The position numbers and the translations under genes were made by a program. From Octopus vulgaris (lineage: Eukaryota): DNA of 64,000 nt. Below the pieces are notes generated by a model that saw nothing but the letters and a program-made list of their open reading frames with translations, was not told the DNA's origin and searched no databases. The stretch spans positions 5,394,001 to 5,458,000 of the forward strand of contig OX597837.1 in assembly GCA_951406725.2 (NCBI GenBank), written 5' to 3'. Of this stretch, positions 31,221 through 44,674 are shown in pieces. The number at the start of each line of letters is the position of its first letter. The stretch's first letter is position 1.

Positions 31221-31805
31221 CGTTAGCACGCCGGGCGAAATGCTTAGCGGTATTTCATCTGCTGCTACGTTCTGAGTTCAAATTACGCCGAGGTCGACTT
31301 TGCCTTTCATCCTTTCGGGGTCGATAAATTAAATACCAGTCACGCCCTGGGGTCGATGTAATCGACTTAATCCGTTTGTCTGTCCTTGTTTGTCCCCTCT
31401 GTGTTTAGCTCATTGTGGGTTGTAAAGAAATAGGTATTTCGGCTGCCGCTACGTTCTGAGTTCAAATTCTGCTGAGGTCGACATTGCCTTTCATCGTTTC
31501 GGCGTCGATAAATACAGTACCACTTACGCACTGGGGTCAATGTAATCGACTTAATCCGTTTGTCTGTCCTTGTTTGTCCCCTCTGTGTTTAGCCCCTTGA
31601 GGGTCGTAAAGAAATAAGTATTTCGTCTGCCGCTACGTTCTGATTTCGAATTCCGCCGAGGTCGACTTTGCCTTTCATCCTTTCGGGGTCGATAAATTAA
31701 ATACCAGTTACGCACTAGGGTCGATGTAATAGACTTAATCCCTTTGTCTGTCCTTGTTTGTCCCATCTGTGTTTAGCCCCTTGTGGATAATAAAGAAACA
31801 GATAT
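31221..31805 (+). mobile_element. SINE family B trimer (184-bp period)
   Basis: Units start at 31249, 31433 and 31617. Confidence 0.85.
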
Positions 31806-34126
31806 TGTATTCTTATTGCAGAAATTTCGGATTTATTATTTCGGATTTTATAACTCATTAACTTTACAGCTTGCCATCTTTAGGGGGTCAAAATTAAAAA
31901 CGAAATGTCAGCAATATTCGTTGTAATATTCGACATGTTGTCTAATTTGGTCAATCGCTAATGAGATAATACGTGTTTATTATATGAAAAGGCATTTGGA
32001 AAAATTGCAGGGATGCGTTCTAAGATGAAAGAGAATTCTTAAGAAATTGATGGATGCAAATATAGAACAAAAATAACGAAAAAAAACCCATCGGTGATCT
32101 TCAGTTTTGAAGACTCTAGAGGAAAGGTTTGGAGCACAACCATTCTTAATGTCATTTCTCAAATTTCATGGCGATTATGAAAACAAAACAAAGGCCACAT
32201 GTATTATTTCCTTTCGTGTAACTCCTACAACACACATAAAATAAATATGTGAATAAAAACGAAAGCAATTTTGGATTGGAAAACAAATAAAGCCAGCTGT
32301 AAAAGGGAGCCATAGAAACCGTTGTGAAGAACTCTGAATCTTCTTAAGATTATTTCTCTGGGTAACAATAGAACTCAATGCCGTTTTATTGAAATAGCAA
32401 AAGAATATTGAAAAACCGTTCAATTTAGAATATCAACAATGTAAGAATTTTTTTTATCTCGATGGACAAGTCATTAGTTGAAAATTCTAACATTCCTTCA
32501 GATACAGCAGTCTTGGTAAAAACAATGCCGTATCGATGAATTTCTCTTTGTTAAATATCTTAATCCTTTAGCATCTAAAACGGACATATTAGCCCAAATC
32601 TTCTACCTGTTTTATGTTCAAACCGGCCAAAACATGCGTCTTATATCTAACCTACAATGTCATTCTAAAAATACAGAACCATAAACCATTCTAGAAAGGT
32701 GAAATTATTTTCTTGAGCTTTGGAAGAATATTTTTAAAACATTTTCCGTTCTAATTTTTAAGGGAATTGCGTCTCATGGCGAACCATCCATGATATGTAG
32801 GATGGCAAAGTTTTTAAGCTTTTCTAAACACACAAAAGCTCTTAATCTCTTGACTCCTAATGTACGCAGAGTACATTGTGTTTTACGCAGACATCTTGCC
32901 GCAAAAATAATTCTATTTACCAGGTCAAAATTTCTCCTGAATTTACTTCGCTTAACTCCGAGTTTAGCATACTTCTTTACTGAGTATACGAATGACGGCC
33001 CTGGCAGTTCCCATATTTTATGGTGGCTGAAAGATTTACAAGCCGTTTTTAAGACGCAAAATACCGGAGAAAAATGACGTTGTTGTCTCAACAGGAAGGC
33101 TTTTAAAATAGATCGGATCATTCAGAGCTGACCTAGGGATTAAAGCACCACCAGTACCATCACCAGCGCCACCACCACCTGAGTGCAAAGTGAACTTCCT
33201 CTAATGCTATTTTCTCATTCATAATTCATGAACAAATATGCAAATTAGGTTAATCCCATCATTTAGTTTATCACCGCCATCTGGATTCGAACTGGTTTAA
33301 CAGCTTTCATATTTCACCTGTTCTTGAGCCAAGTCACATGCGGCCCGCTTAAGATAAATTTCAACTCTTTATTTCTTCCTTCCCCCTTCCATCCTTCCTT
33401 CTTTCTTTCTTTCCTTCTTTCTTTCCTTCTTTATTTCCTTCTTTCTTTCCTTTCTTTTTCCTTCTTTCTTTCGTTTCTTTCTTTCTTTCATTCATTCATT
33501 CATTCTTTCTTTCTTCCTTTCTTTCTTTCTTTCTTTTTCATTCATTCATTCATTCATTCATTCATTCATTCTTTCCTTCTTTCTTTCTTTTTTTTTTTTC
33601 TTTCCTTCTTTCTTTCTTTCTTTCTTCAAACAAGGACGGAAAATTAACTCTTTGACTAACTGAAATTTCTTACATGTGGAATTAACGCCAAGTGGCTGAA
33701 TACACCGCAGAGACGTGTATCTTTAACGCAATTACCTGGTCGTATCAGTACGATACAAAATGATGTGGCATGGCTGGAGCATTTGAATTAGGGGTAGGTA
33801 CAATCCAGAAAGACAACGAGAGAGAGAAAGAAATAAAGAGAGAGAGAGAGAGAGCGATAGAGAGACAAAGAGAGGAAGAAAGATAGATGGTTATATAAAT
33901 ATATATAATAGAAATATTAAAATAACTAAGTCTCTCTAAAAGAGAACAGCGGCAGCGTTCCCGGAAAATAATAGTTATCGCCATACTAATATGGCATTCT
34001 TATAAAAATAAGAATAAAGCTGTCCGCTTATTAGCTCCATGAGGCCATCGCCTTAAGTTAGCTATTTGATACACAAACTGTATCCATATAACCTTCGAAC
34101 AAGGAGGTCAGTCGCTCCACACTACT

Positions 34127-34188
34127 TGACCGGCAGCTACAGACGCGTTTCGGGGTATTGCCCCTTTTCAATGCAGCGTAGCCAGCCA
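34127..34188 (-). ncRNA. Type I hammerhead ribozyme, U3-A8 core variant (inverted copy)
   Basis: Reverse complement of the 34573-34634 motif. Confidence 0.75.
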
Positions 34189-34572
34189 GTAGGTGTCGCT
34201 TCCGACAATCTCTGTTCGATGGTTTTATTTACCTAGTTTCGGTGGAATACATCCACTTGTTTTCAATAATAGAAATATTAAAATAACTAAGTCTCTCTTG
34301 TTCGAAGGTTATATGGATACAGTTTGTGTATCAAATAGCTAACTTAAGGCGATGGCCTCATGGAGCTAATAAGCGGACAGCTTTTTTCTTATTTTCATAA
34401 GAATGCCATATTAGTATGGCGATAACTATTATTTTCCGGGAACGCTGCCGCTGTTCTCTTTTAGAGAGACTTAGTTATTTTAATATTTCTATTATTGAAA
34501 ACAAGTGGATGTATTCCACCGAAACTAGGTAAATAAAACCATCGAACAGAGATTGTCGGAAGCGACACCTAC

Positions 34573-34634
34573 TGGCTGGCTACGCTGCATTGAAAAGGGG
34601 CAATACCCCGAAACGCGTCTGTAGCTGCCGGTCA
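34573..34634 (+). ncRNA. Type I hammerhead ribozyme, U3-A8 core variant (unit 1)
   Basis: GCTGCA-TTGAAAA-GGGG-CAATA-CCCC-GAA-ACGCGT-C-TGTAGC; stem I extended by TGGCTGGC/GCCGGTCA; predicted cleavage after C34619. Confidence 0.75.
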
Positions 34635-34934
34635 AGTAGTGTGGAGCGACTGACCTCCCTTGTTCGAAGGTTATATGGATACAGTTTGTGTATCAAATAG
34701 CTAACTTAAGGCGATGGCCTCATGGAGCTAATAAGCGGACAGCTTTTTTCTTATTTTTATAAGAATGCCATATTAGTATGGCGATAACTATTATTTTCCG
34801 GGAACGCTGCCGCTGTTCTCTTTTAGAGAGACTTAGTTATTTTAATATTTCTATTATTGAAAACAAGTGGATGTATTCCACCGAAACTAGGTAAATAAAA
34901 CCATCGAACAGAGATTGTCGGAAGCGACACCTAC

Positions 34935-34996
34935 TGGCTGGCTACGCTGCATTGAAAAGGGGCAATACCCCGAAACGCGTCTGTAGCTGCCGGTCA
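34935..34996 (+). ncRNA. Type I hammerhead ribozyme, U3-A8 variant (unit 2)
   Basis: Same motif, +362. Confidence 0.75.
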
Positions 34997-35296
34997 AGTA
35001 GTGTGGAGCGACTGACCTCCCTTGTTCGAAGGTTATATGGATACAGTTTGTGTATCAAATAGCTAACTTAAGGCGATGGCCTCATGGAGCTAATAAGCGG
35101 ACAGCTTTTTTCTTATTTTCATAAGAATGCCATATTAGTATGGCGATAACTATTATTTTCCGGGAACGCTGCCGCTGTTCTCTTTTAGAGAGACTTAGTT
35201 ATTTTAATATTTCTATTATTGAAAACAAGTGGATGTATTCCACCGAAACTAGGTAAATAAAACCATCGAACAGAGATTGTCGGAAGCGACACCTAC

Positions 35297-35358
35297 TGGC
35301 TGGCTACGCTGCATTGAAAAGGGGCAATACCCCGAAACGCGTCTGTAGCTGCCGGTCA
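35297..35358 (+). ncRNA. Type I hammerhead ribozyme, U3-A8 variant (unit 3)
   Basis: Same motif, +724. Confidence 0.75.
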
Positions 35359-35658
35359 AGTAGTGTGGAGCGACTGACCTCCCTTGTTCGAAGGTTATAT
35401 GGATACAGTTTGTGTATCAAATAGCTAACTTAAGGCGATGGCCTCATGGAGCTAATAAGCGGACAGCTTTTTTCTTATTTTTATAAGAATGCCATATTAG
35501 TATGGCGATAACTATTATTTTCCGGGAACGCTGCCGCTGTTCTCTTTTAGAGAGACTTAGTTATTTTAATATTTCTATTATTGAAAACAAGTGGATGTAT
35601 TCCACCGAAACTAGGTAAATAAAACCATCGAACAGAGATTGTCGGAAGCGACACCTAC

Positions 35659-35720
35659 TGGCTGGCTACGCTGCATTGAAAAGGGGCAATACCCCGAAAC
35701 GCGTCTGTAGCTGCCGGTCA
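35659..35720 (+). ncRNA. Type I hammerhead ribozyme, U3-A8 variant (unit 4)
   Basis: Same motif, +1086. Confidence 0.75.
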
Positions 35721-35906
35721 AGTAGTGTGGAGCGACTGACCTCCCTTGTTCGAAGGTTATATGGATACAGTTTGTGTATCAAATAGCTAACTTAAGGCGA
35801 TGGCCTCATGGAGCTAATAAGCGGACAGCTTTTTTCTTATTTTTATAAGAATGCCATATTAGTATGGCGATAACTATTATTTTAAATATATATATATATG
35901 TATATA

Positions 35907-35967
<61 letters not shown>

Positions 35968-36889
35968 ATTAAGGAATTAAGTCCGATTCTTGGGCTGGTA
36001 TTTTATTTACCATTCACCTCGAAATCCACCTAGGTGGCTCTTGAACTCACAAGGCAGACAACCAAGGCGAGCCAGAGCAAGCGCCACAAGACATTTCTAT
36101 GTGTTTGACTGACGGTTCTGCCAATTTGCAGACTTCCAAAAATAATGAAAGATAATGGAAAAACTTGCTTATGGAATATTTACCATTTATTGGAAGTGTA
36201 TCCAGTTTTACCAATATTAATAGAAGTAAATAAAATTAACGGTTTATTGGAATAAATTTAAGGAAAAAGAACGCGAATAACGAAGACGGACAGAAGAAGA
36301 GTTGGAAAGAGGATGTAGAAGAGAACGAGAAGGAGGAAGAAGAAAAGAAGAGTGGATTGAAGAAGATGAAGTAGACGAAGAAGGAAAAGAAGGAAATGAA
36401 GGAAAGGAAGGAAAGGAATGAAAGGAAGAAGCATCAGGGAAAGAAGAATTTGCAGAAGAAAAAGAATGAGGAAAAGAAGACGACGAAAAAGAAGAATGAA
36501 AAGAAGAAATTGAAGGAAAAGAAGAAGACGAAGAAGAATGACAAGAAGAATAAAAGAAAGAAGGAAAGAAATGAAGAATAAGAAAGTGATTAGATTGGCA
36601 AAAATAAATGAAATGTCGCGCATAATAATTATGGTCATTATGTCGATAGATTAGATGTTAATCGTGAGATGTATGTGTGTGTGTGTGAGTGTGTGTGTGT
36701 AATAAGAAACTTAATTATACGTACCTTACATATCTCCTACCTCAATTCCATGCCCAACCTATGGAAATATTAATTGTGTAATTAACAACAATTACAACAC
36801 ATGTTGGTCGCGATAATTGCAATATAAATATAGTCTGCAAAGCGAAAAGAAGAAAGAACATGAATAAGAAAATAGTAGCAGTGGAATAA

Positions 36890-37935
<1,046 letters not shown>

Positions 37936-38442
37936 TAGGAGTACGCAAAAGAAAAAAAAATTAGGATACTGAGTAACAGCAAGATGAAAATGGAGAGAAA
38001 AAAATTGCGGCAGAAAAAGATGAAGATAAAGAGAGAAGAGGAGAGATAATATGGCCGACATGATGATTGGTCGGTCGGTGGGTCGGTCCAGTCGGCTGGC
38101 TGGTCGGTTGACTGGTTGGTTAGTTGGCTGGTCTGTCGGTAGGTAGGTGGCCAGCGTTCCAGCATTGACATCAATATAATTATCACGAATGATTTGACTT
38201 TATTGACGAAGAAGGCGTGCCAGGTATGTTGTGAGACTTTGGTTGTAATTGCGTGAAACGTGTTATTTATATAAGCATGCAGGCATGTAGATATGTGCGT
38301 GCGTCTTTGTGACTTTATCTATCTCACTCTCTTTTCTTATATATATATATATATATATATATACTTTTATGTGTATTACATAAATGTACAAAGGTACGGA
38401 CATATATATATATATTGCATACATATGACATCAGTAGATTTA

Positions 38443-38493
<51 letters not shown>

Positions 38494-38515
38494 ATATGTA
38501 TGTATTTATATATAG

Positions 38516-38561
<46 letters not shown>

Positions 38562-38631
38562 AAGTATATGCATATACATATACATGTACATGTATATACA
38601 ATTACAACCAAATTAAGTGTGTGTATAAATG

Positions 38632-38666
<35 letters not shown>

Positions 38667-39169
38667 GTATATATGTATATATTCATATATATATATATAT
38701 ATGTATGTATGTCTATATATATATATGCCTATATATATATATATGCCTATATATATATATACATTTATACACACGCACGCACATACACATTACAAACACA
38801 GAAACATATATATATGAGGTTGTTGGGACAAGAATAACTCCAAGCCAATAAAGAATACAACACCTTTAAGGTGGGTATTTATATTAATTTATGAAACTGT
38901 AATTGTTGATTGTTACAAAACCACCTTCGTTTCACTCTTACGAGCTCATTATACACGTGTTTTTGAAAAAGCTTCCAACAGCGAAAATGCTTACCCAAAC
39001 GATAATAGTGTCACTCATTTTTTATAGATTTTATTTTATATAATTACAATATTTGAAGTTGAAGTAAATGATTCTACAAATATTATGATTGTATTAGAAA
39101 TTCTTTGCAAAAGCTTATTTCAACTACACACATACATACATGCACAATACACAAATATACACATTAATA

Positions 39170-39600
39170 TTGGGTTGTCCGGAAAGTTAGTACCGATTTT
39201 TAAAGGAACGAAAAAGGTCAATAAGTACTTGCCATTACATTTTTAATCAACGAAATATGAAACATTTTGTTGCACAATGCGTCTCTATCTTCCCTTTAAC
39301 TTGAAAATACCCTCTTCCCAGAATTGAGGTGGTTTCATGGCAAAGAATTCATCAAGGTATCTTTTTACGTCATCCAAGGAATTGAAATTTTTACCATTAA
39401 GACTATTCTGCAGAGACCTGAATAAGTGGAAATCCGAAGGAGCAATATCTGGTGAATATTGAGGGTGAGGTACCACATCTCAGCCGAGCTGCAGCAATTT
39501 TTGTCTAGTTCCCAAAGCATCAATTGCCGAAAATGAACTTTTTTATCTTCCATGTTAAAGAGTTACAGAATTAACGCAGGTTATAGGAACATAAACCTTC
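39170..39600 (-). mobile_element. Internally deleted mariner
   Basis: TA-TTGGGTTGTCCGGAAAG TIR; HPQYSPDIAPSDFHLFRSLQN..FWEEGIFKL C-terminus joined directly to N-terminal MEDKKVHFRQLML. Confidence 0.85.
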
Positions 39601-39602
39601 TT

Positions 39603-39750
39603 CCAGGTTTAGGACGAATGTGGCTGTAATTTAGCCCTAGGAGACATCCTCTCCAACTGGCTATACGACACGATTTGTGTCCTTATATTTTCGAAGCTGG
39701 AGACGATATCTCCCGGGGCTAAATTACAGCAACATTCGTCCTAAACCAGG
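39603..39750. repeat. Hairpin / MITE-like inverted repeat with ~55-bp arms
   Basis: CC.GGTTTAGGACGAATGT.GCTGTAATTTAGCCC pairs with GGGCTAAATTACAGC.ACATTCGTCCTAAACC.GG. Confidence 0.8.
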
Positions 39751-39815
39751 ACTGCCATGTTATGTTGGCAAAAGTGCCGTTGCTGAATATCTCTCGTTGT
39801 GAGATTTAAAAATGA

Positions 39816-40041
39816 TAATTTACGTTAAAATAGTTTTGAACAGAGATATTGCCCTGTGACGGCAGGTAGAAACAAACTCGTACCTAGTTGAGTTGGTGCA
39901 GATATGATTGATATCTCACATATGGACAACTCGTGTAATTAAATCCATTTGAGGAAAATCAACTATGATCTTCTTTAAATCAGCTAAAATAATTTATTAT
40001 ACTCTTACAGTTAATTCTTAGAATGGCTCCAAATTTTTTGT

Positions 40042-40085
<44 letters not shown>

Positions 40086-40177
40086 TAACTACTACTACTA
40101 ATAATAATAATAATAGTAATAATAATAATAACATGGTTATCATACTTATAATGATGATGATAATAATAATAAAAATG

Positions 40178-40252
<75 letters not shown>

Positions 40253-40346
40253 TGGTTATCATACTTATAATGATGATGATCATTATGATAATAATAATAA
40301 TAATGATACTAATAATAATAACAATAATAATGATAATAATAATAAC

Positions 40347-40407
<61 letters not shown>

Positions 40408-41342
40408 TAAAAATCAATAACCAACGATGTGTGTGAGGGAATAAAAAATGATTACGCCTCGGTATTCGTTGGTGGCTTTTGTTGCTAAAACAAAAGGAAT
40501 ATGTGTGTGCGTGTGTGTGTGTGTGTAGCAGTGTCTGTGTGTATGTGTGTATGAATGAGTGACTCTGTGTGAGCATATGTGTGTGTGTGTGTGTGTGTGT
40601 GATTGAGGTAGGAAGAGAAACGATGAGTCAGAGAAACAAAAACGTGAGAGTAAGCGTGTAAAAGTAACGTGCGTACGTGCCTGCGCGCACGTGTGTGAAT
40701 ATGTGTGTATATGTGTGTTTGAGGAACTGAGTGAGAGAGAGAGAGAGAGGGAGGGAGTGAGAGTGACAGAGGGGGTTTGACGGATGAAAGATGAAAAAAT
40801 ATCCATCTTGATTTTAATTAAACGCTTTTATATGAAATTACCGTTTCCTTTTATTCCGGTGTGAAACAAGCATGGAAAAATGAAAAAAAAAAAAAACCAA
40901 AAAAAAAAGAAAAAGAAAAAAATAAGAAAAAGGAAAATGAAGCTAAGATCTGAAGGAACGAAATGCAAAACAAAAAAAAATATTAGAAAACAAATAGAGA
41001 AATGGAGACAAGAAATATAAAGAAAAATAAATAAAACACATAACCATAGAAAAGAGCAAATCTCACATATTTTCCAAATTCTTGTAAAGTACCAACAGAG
41101 ATTTGTATGTATGTATGTATGTATGTATGTATGTATGTATGTATGTATGTATGTATGTATGTATGTATATGTATGTATGTACATATGTATGTGTGTGTGT
41201 GTGTATGAATATATGAATGTATGTATGTATGTATGTATGTAAGTATGTATGTGTGCGTGTCTGTCTGTGAATGTACGTAAGTGAAAATGTGTGTGTATGT
41301 ATCGATAAATGATGGTATGTGTGTATATGTTTTTATATATAC

Positions 41343-41420
<78 letters not shown>

Positions 41421-41493
41421 GTCTATCTATCTATCTATCAATCTATCTTTCTACCAATGTCTCTCTATCGACTCTATATTTACTTATATATTA

Positions 41494-41576
<83 letters not shown>

Positions 41577-42266
41577 TTATATGTATATATATATATATAT
41601 TTATAACATATATATATATACATATATATTATATGCATATGCATACACATGTATATATATATATATATATATACATACATACATACATACACGCGCACAC
41701 ACACACAAACACCCACACACACACACACACATACACACACATATATATATATATGCATATATATACATAGTGAGAAAAATGTAGGATTTGAGAGAACGAG
41801 AGAAGTGATATAAAGGAAAAAAGGAAAGAAAGTTGAGTGAAGGAAAGTGTGGAATGAAGTCAATTTACTATTAACAACCGTAAATACAGAAGGAAAGAAA
41901 AAAGTGACTAAAACTCAACAAATGGATTTTATTGATCTTTTTAAAAATCTTCACAACAAACACACGCATGCGCACACGCATACAAATGGATGCTTGAGTC
42001 TATGCAGAAAATATGCACTCGTACACATATGTTGATAAAAGAATATATGATATATACATACATATACGTATATGTATAAACATACATAGTCACATATGTG
42101 CAAAGTTATAAATAAATAAATACATAATTAAATATATACACATATATGAAATGATATATATACAGCTACATCTCTCTATCTATACATATATATGTACAAG
42201 TACGCCCATATACTTACATGACCTCAAATATACATACATATATATATATATGCATGTTATATATGT

Positions 42267-42297
<31 letters not shown>

Positions 42298-42876
42298 ATG
42301 TTCATATGCAGAAACACATGGATGCGCATGCATACAACAGAAATGTATAAAACATAGAAAAAACAACGCCACCCACGCGTGTGTAGATTCTTCCACTTCC
42401 CACACACGTATAAAAAAACGGTTGATGCAGAACATAATAATGCACATGCATAGAAGTGCATTATGGTTGCACATGCACGTGTATTTAAGAGCTTAAACAT
42501 AGATATATATACTTATGTACAAACATAGACATAGATATAGACGCGTATGATCAACTGGTGCTACCATTGAGAAATGAGAACGGCTTTCGCACAATTGAGA
42601 AATGAGAACGGCTTTCGTCACATATAAATGTTCTACATACGCACAAACACGGGTATATATGCATGTATATATGATTGTTGCGCATGTATTCATACATATA
42701 AATATATAGATATATAAATAGTAATTTACGTTAAAATAGTTTTGAACAGAGATATTGCCCTGTGACGGCAAGTAGAAACAAACTCGTACCTAGTTGAGTT
42801 AGTGCAGATATGATTGATATCACACATATGGACAACTCGTGTAATTAAATCCAATTTGAGGAAAATCGACTATGAT
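39816..42876. repeat. ~155-bp direct duplication (39816-39969 and 42722-42876)
   Basis: TAATTTACGTTAAAATAGTTTTGAACAGAGATATTGCCCTGTGACGGC...ACTATGAT present twice with few differences. Confidence 0.9.
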
Positions 42877-42926
42877 ATATATACCTACATACATACATAA
42901 ATAAATATACATACATATATACTCAC

Positions 42927-42962
<36 letters not shown>

Positions 42963-43412
42963 GAATGTATGTATGTATGTATTCATACAGACACGCAGGC
43001 ACACACATATCAACACAAATAGTAAAAAGGTTGGTACATATTAACTCCTCCTTACAAGTGTTTCGCTGCAGAATAAGAAATACATTATTGCAACTTTTGA
43101 ATTATAACAACTTCTATACAATATGTAGACGTTTATTTATACGCACATATCATATATGCATTCATAACTATATGCATACATGGACACATACATAGACACA
43201 CACACACACACATACACACTTATATATATATTCGCCATGATAGATCGCTAGCCACTAAAAATTCTTTATTTTCTCCCCTTGTTTCTTTCTGTGTTCTTTT
43301 CTGTGGATGAACGTAGGTTCGAAACCTTAAAGACTTTTTCACTTCCCGAGCGTTATACTAATACATCTGTTTGTCGTCTACACACCTGTCTTGTTTTGTT
43401 CTTTTTGTGTAT

Positions 43413-43470
<58 letters not shown>

Positions 43471-43587
43471 TACATATATATGTATACAGTGAGAAAGTCT
43501 TTAATGTTTAGAGCCTACACTCATCCACTGAAAGGAGCACAGAAGTGTGTGTGTGTGTACATCTGTGTTTGTATATATATATATATA

Positions 43588-44417
43588 TGCTTTTCGCAGG
43601 AAGGAATTTTTCATTCGAAGTATACGTCACGTCTTTTTGGTGTCCTGTACACATATATGCGTGTATATGTACATGTAGAGGTAGGTACGTACATATATGT
43701 TTATATATATGCATATATTTTATTAACATATTATACGACTAAACGCACGCACCCTATTAAGTAAGATTGTTCTGTTTATCAAGTTCGCCTTGATATTAAC
43801 TCTCACGCGACTCTGCATCTTTCTTTCTTTCTCTCCCATTCTCTCCCATTCCCTTTTTCGTCTTTTTTCCCTCACTTAACTTGTCTCTTCCTCTCTCTCT
43901 CCCCTCACTGTTCTTCATGGTCTCCTCGCACCATTCCCCTTCTTCTCTCTCTTCCTCTTGCTCCTCCTCCCCCATTCCCGTCGTCCATCTGCGACGTTAC
44001 TTCCGTCGTAACTGCTCCTGTCCTTTCTCGCCCGCCTTCTAAGGCCACTGGTCGACATCTTCCTCTCTCGTCGTCCACTATAATCCAGCGTTTGCAATAC
44101 TTTTTTCGTCTGGCGTTAACAGCCCTTCTTATCTTGTTCTCCTTGTCCTGTCTCTCACTGTTATATATTTATTTTTCCACTGTTTATATATATATTTTTT
44201 ATTGTTTATATGTTTGTACTGTCGTTACCGTCTTGCTTTTTTTACCCCTCTGCAAAAAGATCTCAGAATTTTAATTGATTTGCTTTTCGCAGGAAGGAAT
44301 TTTTCATTCGAAGTATACGTCACGTCTTTTTGGTGTCCTGTACACATATATGCGTGTATATGTACATGTAGAGGTAGGTACGTACATATATGTTTATATA
44401 TATGCATATATTTTATT

Positions 44418-44424
<7 letters not shown>
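43588..44424. repeat. 144-bp apparently identical direct repeats (43588-43731, 44281-44424) flanking a 549-bp pyrimidine-rich insert
   Basis: Direct comparison of the two copies. Confidence 0.9.
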
Positions 44425-44460
<36 letters not shown>

Positions 44461-44611
44461 ACTGTATATATCAGTCCATACAATGCATCATGAATACACA
44501 CATATGCAAAGATACGCACAGATGCACACACATACACAAACACAAACTCTCACACACACATGTATAGATCTGTTTAGATATTCATATTCATATACATATA
44601 TATATATACAT

Positions 44612-44674
<63 letters not shown>

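Larger units (their letters stand above)
33905..35883. mobile_element. Hammerhead-containing 362-bp tandem array with a 5' inverted copy (Penelope pLTR-like / non-LTR retrozyme)
   Basis: Inverted copy 33905-34298; forward units start at 34297, 34659, 35021, 35383 and 35745 (last partial, ends 35883); units almost identical; flanked by TA-rich sequence; no ORF. Confidence 0.85.

Noticed and set aside
31860-33110. Possible hAT and piggyBac remnants (also 17310-17640)
   Set aside because: Only faint motif or TTAA-end similarity; too decayed to call without a profile search.
33905-35883. Plain satellite, rDNA/5S or snRNA gene array
   Set aside because: No recognisable rRNA, snRNA or Pol III gene sequence; the inverted-plus-tandem layout and hammerhead fold explain it better.
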